A DNA stretch of 64,000 bases, taken from the IMG/VR virus record IMGVR_UViG_3300025121_000013; one strand, given 5' to 3'. The position numbers were made by a program, and so were the translations under genes. The notes beneath the pieces are model-generated. The model made no database searches, had not been told where the DNA came from, and worked only from the letters and a program-made list of their open reading frames with translations. The stretch comes from a virus. Taxonomy: Duplodnaviria; Caudoviricetes. Shown piece by piece: positions 1-10,345 of the stretch (position 1 is its first letter; every line of letters starts with the position of its first letter).

Positions 1-2
1 GA

Positions 3-1088
3 AATGCAAAGTATATAGTTAACAAGACTTCTTTACAAGAATTTAAAAAGGGGCAAAAATATATTTTAAGTAGCTCTATTTATGAACAATTACATTATGA
101 TAAAATAAGCAATCGAAAATTATTAAAACCATCTACGTCAAAGTTTATGAATATTTATAAACCTTATAGAGGACAAGATTTAAATAATAAAACTTTATTA
201 ATTTGGCGAACTGGTGGAATAGGCGATTTATGTTTCATTCAACCTAATTTGAAATATTTAAAAGAAAAATATCCAACCTCTAAAATTATTTTTGCTTGCG
301 GAGCACAATATAAAAGTATGGTTGAAACGTGGAAAAATATTGATGAATTGATTGAATTACCTTTTAATTTACAACGATTAGTTCATAGTGATTATCATGC
401 AATTTTTGAAGGAGTGATTGAAAGATGTAAAGAAGCAGAAACAACAAACGCCTATGAGCTTTTTACAAAATGGCTTGGTTTAAATGTCCCTAAAGAAAAA
501 TTATATCCTGAACAAGAACCAAGTGAGGAAGATTTAAATATTGTAAAAAGTCTATTAAAGACTCTAAACCCTCAGGATAAACCTTTTGTACTTTTTCAGC
601 TCAGAGCCAGCTCGCCTTTAAGATCCCCAAGATTATCTAAATGGAAGGAAATAATTGATAAGGTAAATGAAAAAGGATATTTAGTAATTATCACAGATTC
701 CCCGCCAATGGAAAGTAGTGTCCAGAAATTTATTGATACTTTGAATTTTAAAGATTTGGTGATAAACTTTTCTGGATTATCAAAAAAATTATCTTATAGC
801 ATTGCTTTAACAAAATTAGCCAAATTTGTTGTTTCTCCAGATTCCTCTTTAATACATATTGCAGAATCAGTTAAAACAAAAGGCCTTGGAATTTATGGAG
901 CTTTTCCAGGGCACATAAGACTCTCCACATACAAATATATAGAATGGATAGACGGAAAAAGTATCTGCTCTCCTTGTTTTAGTCATGGACACAAACCTTG
1001 TTTAAATTCTCGTTCTGGTGCTGGGATTTGTTATGATAATATAGATTCAAATGAGGTTTTAAAAATAATCGAAAAAAATATGTCTTAA
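3..1088 (+). CDS. GT9 (heptosyltransferase-like) glycosyltransferase, 5'-truncated by window edge
   Basis: LIWRTGGIGDL and VVSPDSSLIHIAE motifs typical of GT9; the frame is open from position 3 to the ATG at 147, so the gene starts upstream of the window. Confidence 0.8.
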   Translation, partial: NAKYIVNKTSLQEFKKGQKYILSSSIYEQLHYDKISNRKLLKPSTSKFMNIYKPYRGQDLNNKTLLIWRTGGIGDLCFIQPNLKYLKEKYPTSKIIFACGAQYKSMVETWKNIDELIELPFNLQRLVHSDYHAIFEGVIERCKEAETTNAYELFTKWLGLNVPKEKLYPEQEPSEEDLNIVKSLLKTLNPQDKPFVLFQLRASSPLRSPRLSKWKEIIDKVNEKGYLVIITDSPPMESSVQKFIDTLNFKDLVINFSGLSKKLSYSIALTKLAKFVVSPDSSLIHIAESVKTKGLGIYGAFPGHIRLSTYKYIEWIDGKSICSPCFSHGHKPCLNSRSGAGICYDNIDSNEVLKIIEKNMS

Positions 1089-1106
1089 GGCGAGGAAAAT
1101 AATTCA

Positions 1107-1937
1107 ATGTATAAAATTATGATAACTTGTAGAAACCGTTTGGCCATTACCCAAAAATGTATTGAATCCATTGTCAAGCATTCTAAGGAAGAGTTTCATA
1201 TTTATATTTATGATAATTTAACTTCTTATAGAATTGATGAGCATTTTTCATATTTTAATGAATTATATAAAAGCGGAATTATTAAACAGGTTACTTTCAA
1301 CACTCCATCATCCACATTTTTTGCTTTTTCAAAAGCTGTTTCAAGTAATATGTTTGGTCTTCAACATATGCAAGATCCAAAGAAAAATGAATTTTCTTTT
1401 CTTGTATTAATGGATAATGATATGATCGTAACTCCAGAATGGGATGAGAAAATTAAAAGAGTTTGGAAAATTGTAAATAAAACAAATTTAAATCATATTA
1501 AAATTATTAGCCAATGCCCAGGTGGGATCAAGCCAAAAATTCCATTGGATTTAGGAACTACAGATATTTCTGCCGTGACTGGAAAATTAGGTGGGTCTGG
1601 TTTATGGACAACAAGAAGCAATTTTTTTGAAGATGTCGGTTTATTGGATTTAAGATCATTAGTTGGACACAATAAAAAACATGATCAAATGTATTGGCAT
1701 TTGATGGATAAAAAGTCAGGCGGAAAAAATTATATTCTTGGAATACAAACAAAATTAGCTTATCATTGTGGAGCTATTTGCGGAAGTGTTTGTAATCAAT
1801 TAACTAAAATTAAAGATAAAAAAGAAGCTTTAAAAAGAATAAGATTTCAGGAATCAGATGAAAATATTTCTAAGATGGATTTTGATAGTTTTTATAAATT
1901 TATTGAGTCCAGAAGAGATATTGTCAAAGGATGGTAA
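1107..1937 (+). CDS. GT-A fold (GT2-like) glycosyltransferase
   Basis: IMITCRNRLAITQKCIESI N-terminus, YIYDN, and DxD-type MDNDM motif. Confidence 0.75.
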   Translation: MYKIMITCRNRLAITQKCIESIVKHSKEEFHIYIYDNLTSYRIDEHFSYFNELYKSGIIKQVTFNTPSSTFFAFSKAVSSNMFGLQHMQDPKKNEFSFLVLMDNDMIVTPEWDEKIKRVWKIVNKTNLNHIKIISQCPGGIKPKIPLDLGTTDISAVTGKLGGSGLWTTRSNFFEDVGLLDLRSLVGHNKKHDQMYWHLMDKKSGGKNYILGIQTKLAYHCGAICGSVCNQLTKIKDKKEALKRIRFQESDENISKMDFDSFYKFIESRRDIVKGW

Positions 1938-1940
1938 ATA

Positions 1941-2231
1941 ATGGATAAAAAGGATTCAATATCAAATTTAGTAAAAGATCCTGTATGGCAAAAGGTACGT
2001 GAATCTCTTTTAGGAAAATGGACAGAAGAGCCAGAAAAAAATTGTAAAAAATTAAGAGAATATTTAGGTTCTTTAAGTTCTACTAAAAAAGAAAAACTAA
2101 GAATCGTTATGAATTATTTAACAGGAACCGGATTTAGAACAGGTAATATAAAACACCCTTGTATTCAAAAATTAAGAACAGAAATTTCTTTAGAAATAAA
2201 AATTAGAAAAGCCAAAGGGAATTGGTATTAA
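1941..2231 (+). CDS. hypothetical protein
   Basis: 96 aa ORF tightly packed in the operon; TAATG overlap with next gene. Confidence 0.6.
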   Translation: MDKKDSISNLVKDPVWQKVRESLLGKWTEEPEKNCKKLREYLGSLSSTKKEKLRIVMNYLTGTGFRTGNIKHPCIQKLRTEISLEIKIRKAKGNWY

Positions 2232-3121
2232 TGGAAAAAGCAATTTTAGCTGGACCATTTATAGGGGAATTGGGCTGGCAAGTTTTGCGTTTTGCCCCTT
2301 TTGTAATTTGGAATAAAATTTCTAAATATAAAAATAAAGTTAAACTTATCGTTTATACAAGGGAAGACACTTTTGATCTTTATGGACAATACTCTGATAT
2401 TTTTGTTCCTTTAAGAATTGATGGAGATTTTACAAAATATAAAGGAAACTGTTTTAGATTAGAGGGTTATCCATTAACAGGTTATTATAAACTAATAACA
2501 AATTTTCATGATAAGTATATGAATCAATATGATATTGTTGAACATCTTTATCCGAAGATAGAAAAGCCTCATCATTTAAATAAGCATCAATTTCCACGTG
2601 GAAAAATGATTCATGAATTTAAGCCAAGAAAAGATAATTTAATTATAGTAAATAAATATATTTCAAATGGTAAAAAAAATGTAGTTTTGGGTTCTAGATT
2701 TCGAAGAGGATTTAAAAGAAACTGGAAATATTGGAATGAGTTTTATGATTTATTATATCAAAGCGATTTATATAATAGATTTAATTTTATAATTTGTGGA
2801 AAAGCTCCAGAATATATTCCAGATTCAAAAGAAAGATTTTTAGATATAAATAATTTTAAATTAACTAAAGATTCTTCTTTAATCGGCATCACTATAGAGT
2901 GCATAAAAAATTCTATTTTGACTTGTGGAAGTCAATCCTCTATTCCAAATTTATCTTTATCTTTAGGAACAGAAGTTTTAGAATGGGGAGATCAAAAAAG
3001 ATTTCATACTTTAGATTATAATTATAAAAAGACTCCTATAACTTTTATCGATGATAGATATTATAATATCCCACCTGAAAAAGTTTTGAAAATAATGTCA
3101 AAAATTCTAAGGAATAAATAA
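2231..3121 (+). CDS. putative GT-B-like glycosyltransferase (paralog 1)
   Basis: AGPFIGELGW N-terminal motif; C-terminal half resembles a GT-B nucleotide-sugar domain; located among GTs. ATG at 2231 preferred over TTG at 2222. Confidence 0.5.
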   Translation: MEKAILAGPFIGELGWQVLRFAPFVIWNKISKYKNKVKLIVYTREDTFDLYGQYSDIFVPLRIDGDFTKYKGNCFRLEGYPLTGYYKLITNFHDKYMNQYDIVEHLYPKIEKPHHLNKHQFPRGKMIHEFKPRKDNLIIVNKYISNGKKNVVLGSRFRRGFKRNWKYWNEFYDLLYQSDLYNRFNFIICGKAPEYIPDSKERFLDINNFKLTKDSSLIGITIECIKNSILTCGSQSSIPNLSLSLGTEVLEWGDQKRFHTLDYNYKKTPITFIDDRYYNIPPEKVLKIMSKILRNK

Positions 3122-3906
3122 TGAATTCGATATTTTTATTTGGCCCTTTTATAGGTTCTTTAGAATGGGAGATGTTATATTTTGCTCCGTTTTGCATTTA
3201 TACAAAAAGAAAAAATCCTAAAAGTCAAATAGCTGTTTTTACAAGACCAGAGAGATTTGATTTATATGGAAGATATGTTGATTTTTTAATCCCTTTATAT
3301 TTTGATGATAATAATTCTGAGATGTTTAGAGATACGGAAATAACAAATGATGAATATATAAAAATGTCAGAAAAATTTAAGTCAAAATATTCAGGAAAAT
3401 TTAAAATAGAAAATCATTTTTTTCCAAGAATACATTCTTTTAATTATAAGGTAAAGTGGCAATTTCCTCGAAGTAAAATGCTTTATGATTTTTTACCAAG
3501 AAGAGACAATGAAGCTTTTATTCATGACACATTGAAATATGATAAAAAAAATATTTTTATAGATTTTGATGCTATAAAAAAAATAAGTATTTTAGATAAA
3601 GTATTTGAAGTAATGTTTAAAGAAAATAATGAAAGATTTATTATTAATAGTTCAGAAAATGTAAATATAAAACGAAAGAATATACAAATATCTAAGATTC
3701 AAGAAAGTAAAAATCTTACAAAATTAGGTTGTATTATTGAGTCATTAAAATTATCTTCTCTAAGCATTGGAAACTTAAATTCGGATATTACTAAATTAAG
3801 TCTTTTGCTTAAAAAACCAACAATCCTTATTAATGAAAAATGTACTAATGATCAGATATCTTTAATAAATCCTATGAAGACAAAAATATTCAGGAGAACT
3901 TTTTAA
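3121..3906 (+). CDS. putative GT-B-like protein (paralog 2)
   Basis: Shares GPFIG-x-L-x-W, FDLYG-x-Y-x-D-x-x-x-PL and QFPR-x-KM with the preceding gene. Confidence 0.5.
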   Translation: MNSIFLFGPFIGSLEWEMLYFAPFCIYTKRKNPKSQIAVFTRPERFDLYGRYVDFLIPLYFDDNNSEMFRDTEITNDEYIKMSEKFKSKYSGKFKIENHFFPRIHSFNYKVKWQFPRSKMLYDFLPRRDNEAFIHDTLKYDKKNIFIDFDAIKKISILDKVFEVMFKENNERFIINSSENVNIKRKNIQISKIQESKNLTKLGCIIESLKLSSLSIGNLNSDITKLSLLLKKPTILINEKCTNDQISLINPMKTKIFRRTF

Positions 3907-4890
3907 ATGAAAATTATTTTTAATTTGTTGAATTGTGGTCTCGGAAATAATGGTGGGTCACATACTATAGTTAGATCTGCAAATACTTTGGCTAAGTTGG
4001 GAAACGAGGTAACAATTATTGATAATACAAAAATTGGTTATAATTGGACTCCAATTAAATGCGATTATCTTTCAATAAAAAGAGAAAATCAAATTCCTGA
4101 TGCTGATTTTATAATTGCGACAGGATATAAAACAGTCAAGTCGACATTGAATATTCCTCAGAGGTGTGGGAAAAAAATACATTGGATAAGAGGCTGGGAA
4201 ACATGGAAAATGGATGAAAATGTTATCATAAAAAATATATTAAATGTTCCAACGATAAAAGTTGTAAATAGTATAGGCTTACAAAATTATATTGAAAAAT
4301 TTAATATTCGTTCTTTCGTTATTAGACCTGGTTATGATTTTAATGAACAATATCCAATGAATTTAAGAAAAAATAATAATGAAATTGTTCTAGGTGGATT
4401 ATATCATACAAAACATAAAACAAAAAGATCTGACTGGATTTTAAAAATTCAAAGTGAATTTAAAGATAAATATAAAACAAAGTTATATATGTACGGAACA
4501 GATAAAATGACAGACTCTGTAATTGATCGATACGTAAAAACTCCTTCAATTGAAGAAAAAAATGAGATTTATAATTCTATAAATGTATGGTTAGCTCCAA
4601 CGTGTCTTGAAGGATTACATATCCCTCCAGCTGAAGCTATGTTGACAGAATGTTGTGTCGTTGGAATAAATGCGGAATTATCTGGAACAAAGGATTATTT
4701 AATACATAATCACTCTGGAGTGGTTTCAGAAAATAATTTTGAAAGTTTTAGACGAAGTGTGGAAAAGATAATTATTAATTCTAAAAAAAGATTTGAATTA
4801 GGAAAAAAAGGAAGGGAGGAAATTATCTCTTTAGGAAGTCGAGAATATAATATGAAAAAGTTTGTAAAACTTTTGGAGGAATTAAAATAA
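3907..4890 (+). CDS. GT4 family glycosyltransferase
   Basis: GLGNNGGS at N-terminus; EGLHIPPAEAM (E-x7-E GT4 signature). Confidence 0.8.
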   Translation: MKIIFNLLNCGLGNNGGSHTIVRSANTLAKLGNEVTIIDNTKIGYNWTPIKCDYLSIKRENQIPDADFIIATGYKTVKSTLNIPQRCGKKIHWIRGWETWKMDENVIIKNILNVPTIKVVNSIGLQNYIEKFNIRSFVIRPGYDFNEQYPMNLRKNNNEIVLGGLYHTKHKTKRSDWILKIQSEFKDKYKTKLYMYGTDKMTDSVIDRYVKTPSIEEKNEIYNSINVWLAPTCLEGLHIPPAEAMLTECCVVGINAELSGTKDYLIHNHSGVVSENNFESFRRSVEKIIINSKKRFELGKKGREEIISLGSREYNMKKFVKLLEELK

Positions 4891-4892
4891 TT

Positions 4893-5747
4893 ATGTCAAT
4901 AGAAATTATGAAAGGAAGATATCTTTTTTCTATCGAAGAAATTTTAAATGATTTAAAAAAATGTATAGAAAATAAAATCCCTTTTTCTTTGATTAGATTT
5001 GGTGACGGTGGATTAAAATTTATTGAATCTGTTACAAGAGGAAATCATAATCAACTAAGTGAAATATCTTTAAAAGAAGGTTTTCCTATTGAACTGTCTG
5101 GTGATATTTTAGAATGGTGGGGATGGGCTGCAAGAACGGCAAATTATATTGATACCCCAGAAATATATTTTACGGAATATTTTTGGCCCAGGCTTAGAGG
5201 GCCAAAAAAGCCAATGCATAAACAAACCATTATGAAATTAAAATTGTGGTATGAAATATATAATGATGCTGAATTTGATAATAAAAATTATTGTAATCCA
5301 GAAATAAATTTTTTATCTGTTTTAAGAATTAGTAAAAATAAAATGAATTTAATCGATTTATTAAAAGGTAAACGAGTTTGTTGTATAGGAACAAATAAAA
5401 AAATAATTGACATTTTACAAGAATTAGAATGCGCCTCAGAATGTATAGAAATCCCATCACAATGGCAAAATCAGTATGAAAAGTCATTTAATACTGTGAT
5501 TAAAGAGATTTCAGAAAAAGCAAATTATTATGATATGTGGTTGGTTTCAGCTGGAGAATTAGGGAGAATATATTCTGGAGTGATAAAAGAATATGGCGGA
5601 AGATCTTTTGATTTAGGTTTTGTCTATGACTATTGGCTAAAGAAAGATATTCCTGTGAGATTAAAAGAGTTTATTGGCAAAAATCCGGATAATCAATATG
5701 AATTCATTTTAAAAAAAAAAGCAAAAAAATTCCAGAGGTATTTATAA
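4893..5747 (+). CDS. GT-D fold (DUF1792-like) glycosyltransferase
   Basis: PFSLIRFGDGG motif and C-terminal VSAG...SFDLG. Confidence 0.65.
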   Translation: MSIEIMKGRYLFSIEEILNDLKKCIENKIPFSLIRFGDGGLKFIESVTRGNHNQLSEISLKEGFPIELSGDILEWWGWAARTANYIDTPEIYFTEYFWPRLRGPKKPMHKQTIMKLKLWYEIYNDAEFDNKNYCNPEINFLSVLRISKNKMNLIDLLKGKRVCCIGTNKKIIDILQELECASECIEIPSQWQNQYEKSFNTVIKEISEKANYYDMWLVSAGELGRIYSGVIKEYGGRSFDLGFVYDYWLKKDIPVRLKEFIGKNPDNQYEFILKKKAKKFQRYL

Positions 5748-6494
5748 ATGGATAAAATAGATATCACTATGACATCTGTGTTAAGACCGGAAATTGTTAG
5801 AGGAACTTTGAAATCATTTTTCAAAAGTATGTTTTATAAAAATCCAGATAGATATAGATTAATTGTAAATATTGACCCTTTGGGAAATGGCAAGGCTACA
5901 GCGAATGATGTTTTAGAAGTTTGTAAAAATCATTTCAAAAAGGTCGTATATAATATATCTAAAGAACCATCTTTTCCTAAGGCTGTTAGATGGACATGGG
6001 ATCAAGTTGAATCACCTTGGGTTTTTCATTTAGAGGATGATTGGATTGTTCACCGAAAAGTCGATGTTGATCACATGATAGAAATTATGAATAAATACAA
6101 AGACCTTGCATGTTTGAGACTCTATAAAGAACCAATTCCAAATGTTTTAACCCCAAGAATATTTAATACGAAATATAGATATAACGAAGAAGGTTTTTTT
6201 GTGGCGGATGATCAAAAAAAACAATTTGGGTTAAACCCTGTTTTGATAAGGGGAGAATTTGTCAAAACAGGACGAACCATGATGGTTGATGATAAAAACC
6301 CAGAAAAACAATTTAGATTTAAGAATCCAAAAATGTCGGATTTTATAATGAAATGGAAATATGGTATTTATGGCAAACCTGGAGACGCTAGATTAGTTTG
6401 GGGTAAAAGAGGAAAGTATTGGAGAGATGCAAATCATTTTTCTAAGGTGACACCAGGAAGAGAACAATTTATTTCATGGAGGAAATTAGAATGA
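5748..6494 (+). CDS. GT-A fold glycosyltransferase
   Basis: ITMTSVLRPEIVRGTL, VNIDP, VFHLEDDW (DxD-like). Confidence 0.7.
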   Translation: MDKIDITMTSVLRPEIVRGTLKSFFKSMFYKNPDRYRLIVNIDPLGNGKATANDVLEVCKNHFKKVVYNISKEPSFPKAVRWTWDQVESPWVFHLEDDWIVHRKVDVDHMIEIMNKYKDLACLRLYKEPIPNVLTPRIFNTKYRYNEEGFFVADDQKKQFGLNPVLIRGEFVKTGRTMMVDDKNPEKQFRFKNPKMSDFIMKWKYGIYGKPGDARLVWGKRGKYWRDANHFSKVTPGREQFISWRKLE

Positions 6495-7036
6495 CTGATA
6501 AAAAAATATTTTTTCATCTATGGAGAATTTATCAAAGAATCTTTAAGCAAAATTATATTCATAAAAGTTTTATCAAAGGAAAAAATTTTAAAATTGGAAA
6601 ATTTTGTATTATCGAAGAAGGTGTGATTTGTGGAGACGATGTATCTCTAAAAAATTATGTTTTATTACAAGAAAATACATGTATTTTTAATGGGGTTTCA
6701 ATCGATAGTTTTGTGAAATCTTCTGGTGATAATGTGGTTGGTTCAAATACAACTTTGAGATTTAATTCTACAATTTGTAGAAATATCCATATAGGACATA
6801 ATTGTTTTTTATCTCCAAATGTTATGACAATATTTTCTGATGTTAAGGGGGATCATTCAAAATATATAAAGATAGAAAAAAATTGTTATATAGGTACAAA
6901 TGCTGTGATCGGTCCAGGAGTTCATATTGGTCATAATACAATTATTGGAGCGATGAGTTTTGTAAATAAAAACTGTGACAAAAACTCTACATATATCGGC
7001 ATTCCTGCAAAGAAAGTGATAAATAAAAATGATTGA
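6491..7036 (+). CDS. left-handed beta-helix (hexapeptide repeat) acyltransferase
   Basis: Hexapeptide repeats; IGTNAVIGPGVHIGHNTIIGAMSFV...YIGIPAK. Confidence 0.85.
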   Translation: MTDKKIFFHLWRIYQRIFKQNYIHKSFIKGKNFKIGKFCIIEEGVICGDDVSLKNYVLLQENTCIFNGVSIDSFVKSSGDNVVGSNTTLRFNSTICRNIHIGHNCFLSPNVMTIFSDVKGDHSKYIKIEKNCYIGTNAVIGPGVHIGHNTIIGAMSFVNKNCDKNSTYIGIPAKKVINKND

Positions 7037-7802
7037 AATGTCATTATTTAAAGATTTATTAGATAAAAAAACATGCTCAATAAAATTTTTGAAACCAGAC
7101 TGCGTTTCATATATTAAAGATTTGACATATTTAAAATATCTAATTGATATAAATTTTCCTGTTCATATTTTAGCTGATGAAAAATTAGAGTTTCATTTAG
7201 CAGATAGTAATGACAATTTTTTAAACCATAAATTTGTTAAATTTTATTTTGTGTCCAATGTATTATATTCATTTTCAATTTTACATAATTTTATAAATAG
7301 AAACAAACCAAGGGCTAAAATATCAATAGGAAAAAATGGTTCAATTCATATAAGTTCTGTGTTAGGAGCTGAGGGATTACATTTAGCGTTTGGATTAGAT
7401 GATTCCGAAAATAAAATTAAAATTCAAATGATTCATATAGGAAATTTATTTATTGGAGATAATGTGATTATTGGGGCTCACTCTGTAATACATAGAGGAG
7501 TTTTAGATGATACGATCATTGGAAATAATATATATATTGGAGCCCTTTCTAATATTGGGCACAATTGTATTATTGAAGATAACACAGTAATTGGAAATGG
7601 TTGCATAATTTCTGGGTCAGTTAGAATAGGAAATAATTGTTGGGTTGGGGTGGGAACAAATATAAAAAATAAAGTTTCTATCTGTGATAATGTTATTATT
7701 GGAATGGGATCAAATGTTTATAAAAATATTACGGAGTCTGGAATTTATTATGGGACTCCATTAAAAAAACAAAAAGAATATATAGAAAATTGGAATTTTT
7801 GA
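7029..7802 (+). CDS. LpxD-like hexapeptide acyltransferase
   Basis: IHRGVLDDTIIG, NIGHNCIIE, YYGTP motifs of the LpxD C-terminal region. Confidence 0.8.
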   Translation: MIEMSLFKDLLDKKTCSIKFLKPDCVSYIKDLTYLKYLIDINFPVHILADEKLEFHLADSNDNFLNHKFVKFYFVSNVLYSFSILHNFINRNKPRAKISIGKNGSIHISSVLGAEGLHLAFGLDDSENKIKIQMIHIGNLFIGDNVIIGAHSVIHRGVLDDTIIGNNIYIGALSNIGHNCIIEDNTVIGNGCIISGSVRIGNNCWVGVGTNIKNKVSICDNVIIGMGSNVYKNITESGIYYGTPLKKQKEYIENWNF

Positions 7803-7812
7803 AGGAGTGAAT

Positions 7813-8412
7813 ATGAAAAGAATTTTAGCAATTGGAGCTCATTTTGATGATATAGAAGTTGCATGTTCCGGAACATTAAATAAACATATAGATAAAAATG
7901 ATGAAGTTTATTTAGCAATTTTAAATAGTGATGAAACAAGAACTGGAGATCCAGAGATAAGAATTCAAGAACAAATATGTGCTTCCGATTTAATGAAAAT
8001 TTCAAGAGATAGAATTTTTCTTTTTACTGGAGATATTTTAGACCCATCAGATATTATAGGTGAATTAGATTTGATTAAGCCAGATATTATTTTTTCAATG
8101 TTTGAAAAAGATAGCCATCAGCATCATGTTCAAGCCGCTTTTATAGGCCGGTCGGTAGGAAGAAAAAGAAATTTGACAACATTCTTTTATTCCAGCGGTT
8201 CAACATATGATTTTTATCCTACAGTTTATAATATAATTGATAAAGAAAGAAAAAGAAAAATTGTTGATTGTTTTAAAAGTCAACTTGAGTTAAATGCAAT
8301 TAATCACAATCTTATAGATAGAAGAGAATCTTTTTGGGCAAGTGAAATATCCACTGAGCCTGATTTATACGCTGAAGGCTTTATCGTAAGAAAACTTCAA
8401 TATCCTTTTTAA
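7813..8412 (+). CDS. PIG-L/LmbE family deacetylase
   Basis: ILAIGAHFDDIE and DSHQHH metal-binding motifs; AGGAG RBS before ATG at 7813. Confidence 0.85.
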   Translation: MKRILAIGAHFDDIEVACSGTLNKHIDKNDEVYLAILNSDETRTGDPEIRIQEQICASDLMKISRDRIFLFTGDILDPSDIIGELDLIKPDIIFSMFEKDSHQHHVQAAFIGRSVGRKRNLTTFFYSSGSTYDFYPTVYNIIDKERKRKIVDCFKSQLELNAINHNLIDRRESFWASEISTEPDLYAEGFIVRKLQYPF

Positions 8413-8427
8413 TTAAGGGCGTGAACA

Positions 8428-8775
8428 ATGATTGTTCAAAAGAGAATTGATAAAAAAGGTCGAGTTTTTAGATATTCAGATTTGTTAATATCTGACATTG
8501 TTTTTGATATTAATAAAGATCTAAAAAATAGATATGGAGAAATGACATATCGAATTCTTTTTAAATATAATAAAGAATTAAAAAGATGTACTTATTATTG
8601 TCAAGTTAAAAGTATATTTTTCTGGAGAAATATTAAAGCCAAAGAAATATTGATTTTAAAAAATATTAAAGGTCCAATTACATCTGATAATCCGTATGTT
8701 TTATCAAAAAAAATCATTCCTATTTTTCAAGCTATAAAAGTTCAAAAGAAAATAAAAATAACTGGAGAACGATAG
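8428..8775 (+). CDS. hypothetical protein
   Basis: 115 aa ORF in operon. Confidence 0.55.
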   Translation: MIVQKRIDKKGRVFRYSDLLISDIVFDINKDLKNRYGEMTYRILFKYNKELKRCTYYCQVKSIFFWRNIKAKEILILKNIKGPITSDNPYVLSKKIIPIFQAIKVQKKIKITGER

Positions 8776-8776
8776 A

Positions 8777-9415
8777 ATGGGTATAGAAAAGAAAATAGAA
8801 AATAATTTTAAAGATTTATATGAAAAATATTTTGAAGGGATTATTGATGAATATAATGAATATATTACAACCATCTCAAGTGGAGGTGCGGCTGCGTCAA
8901 TTGAATGTTCAGTTTTTCTTTTGATTTTAATGGAACTTTTTAATTGTAAAAGTGTATTGGATTTAGGCAGTGGTTTTTCATCTTATATTTTAAGATTTTA
9001 TCGAAAGCGTTATGGAACCAAAGATATGAAAATTTGGTCTATAGACACTGATAAAGATTGGTTATTGAAGACAAAAAAATTTGTTGAGAAAAAGGGTTTA
9101 TTAGATGAAAATTTTTCAGTCTGGAATAAATTTAAAAATGAAAAACGAGATTTTGATTTAGTATTTATTGATATAGATCAAACAAAAAATAGACCCGATC
9201 ACATTCCAATTATTTTAGAAAATTTTGTGACAGAAAAAACGATTGTTCTTTTTGATGATTTTCATAAGAAATGGTATACTGATAAGATTATGCCTTTTAT
9301 AGATAAAACATATTTATATAATAGTTATGATATAAAAAAATATACTTTGGAAAAGAATAGGGGAAAAATGATTCGGTATTGCTGGCTTTCTACCAATTTT
9401 CAAAAAAGAGGTTAA
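8777..9415 (+). CDS. class I SAM-dependent methyltransferase
   Basis: VLDLGSGFSS, WSIDTD, DLVFIDID, IVLFDD. Confidence 0.8.
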   Translation: MGIEKKIENNFKDLYEKYFEGIIDEYNEYITTISSGGAAASIECSVFLLILMELFNCKSVLDLGSGFSSYILRFYRKRYGTKDMKIWSIDTDKDWLLKTKKFVEKKGLLDENFSVWNKFKNEKRDFDLVFIDIDQTKNRPDHIPIILENFVTEKTIVLFDDFHKKWYTDKIMPFIDKTYLYNSYDIKKYTLEKNRGKMIRYCWLSTNFQKRG

Positions 9416-9418
9416 GAT

Positions 9419-10342
9419 ATGAGAATTTTAGTTTTAAGCCCAAATTTAATTGGGCGTTATAATTGGGGGCATCAGAGATTTAGAAATGATATAGCTAAAT
9501 TTCATGATGTAGTTTTTTATGGTTCAGGGTTTCCAAACTTTGATCCAAAAAAAAGAGTTATGGATGTTATAAACGAATATGGTAATAATTTTGATTTTGT
9601 TTTTACATGTGGCTTAAGATATACTTTAGAATTTAATGGATTGGAAGATGTTAAACATATTCCAAAGGTTCATTTTGTTGTTGATTATTTTCCAAAACAT
9701 CCTTCTGGTTATAAAGGAAGTTGGCCAAGACAACATGAATTTATGAAAAAAAATAAATTTGATTTATTTTTTGTTAGACAATATAGACAGGTTGAAGATC
9801 TTAAGAAAAATGGAATAAATGTTCCATCTTATTTTTTACCATTTTCTTCTGATATGGAAGTTTATAAAAGACTTGGGTTAGAAAAAGTTTTTGACGTAAT
9901 TACAAGTTCGACACAAAGATCAGATGTTTATCCTAATAGATCTAAAATAAATAAAATGCTTTCTAAAACAAAATTAAAAGTTTATATGAGAAGGGTCACT
10001 CATCAAGCATATATTAACGCAATAAATCGCTCAAGTATTGCTGTGATCTCAAATAATATATTTGGCTCATTTAATATGAAATATAGTGAGTTTCTTGGAT
10101 GTGGAACTTTTGTTTTAGCAGACCGTCCCCCCGATCTAGAAAGAATTGGGTTAGAGGACGGCAAACACTTGGTTATATATTCTGATTTAATTGATTTAAG
10201 AAATAAAATTTTTTATTATTTAGAACATGAAAAAGAGAGAACTAAAATAGCCAAAGAAGGAAATAAATTTGCACAACAATATTTAAGTAATGATTATAGG
10301 ATAAAAGAAATGACTAAGATTATAAAAAAGGAGCTTTTCTAA
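9419..10342 (+). CDS. CgeB-like glycosyltransferase (GT-B)
   Basis: MKYSEFLGCGTFVLAD...KIFYYLEHEKERTKIAKEG pattern. Confidence 0.75.
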   Translation: MRILVLSPNLIGRYNWGHQRFRNDIAKFHDVVFYGSGFPNFDPKKRVMDVINEYGNNFDFVFTCGLRYTLEFNGLEDVKHIPKVHFVVDYFPKHPSGYKGSWPRQHEFMKKNKFDLFFVRQYRQVEDLKKNGINVPSYFLPFSSDMEVYKRLGLEKVFDVITSSTQRSDVYPNRSKINKMLSKTKLKVYMRRVTHQAYINAINRSSIAVISNNIFGSFNMKYSEFLGCGTFVLADRPPDLERIGLEDGKHLVIYSDLIDLRNKIFYYLEHEKERTKIAKEGNKFAQQYLSNDYRIKEMTKIIKKELF

Positions 10343-10345
10343 AAA

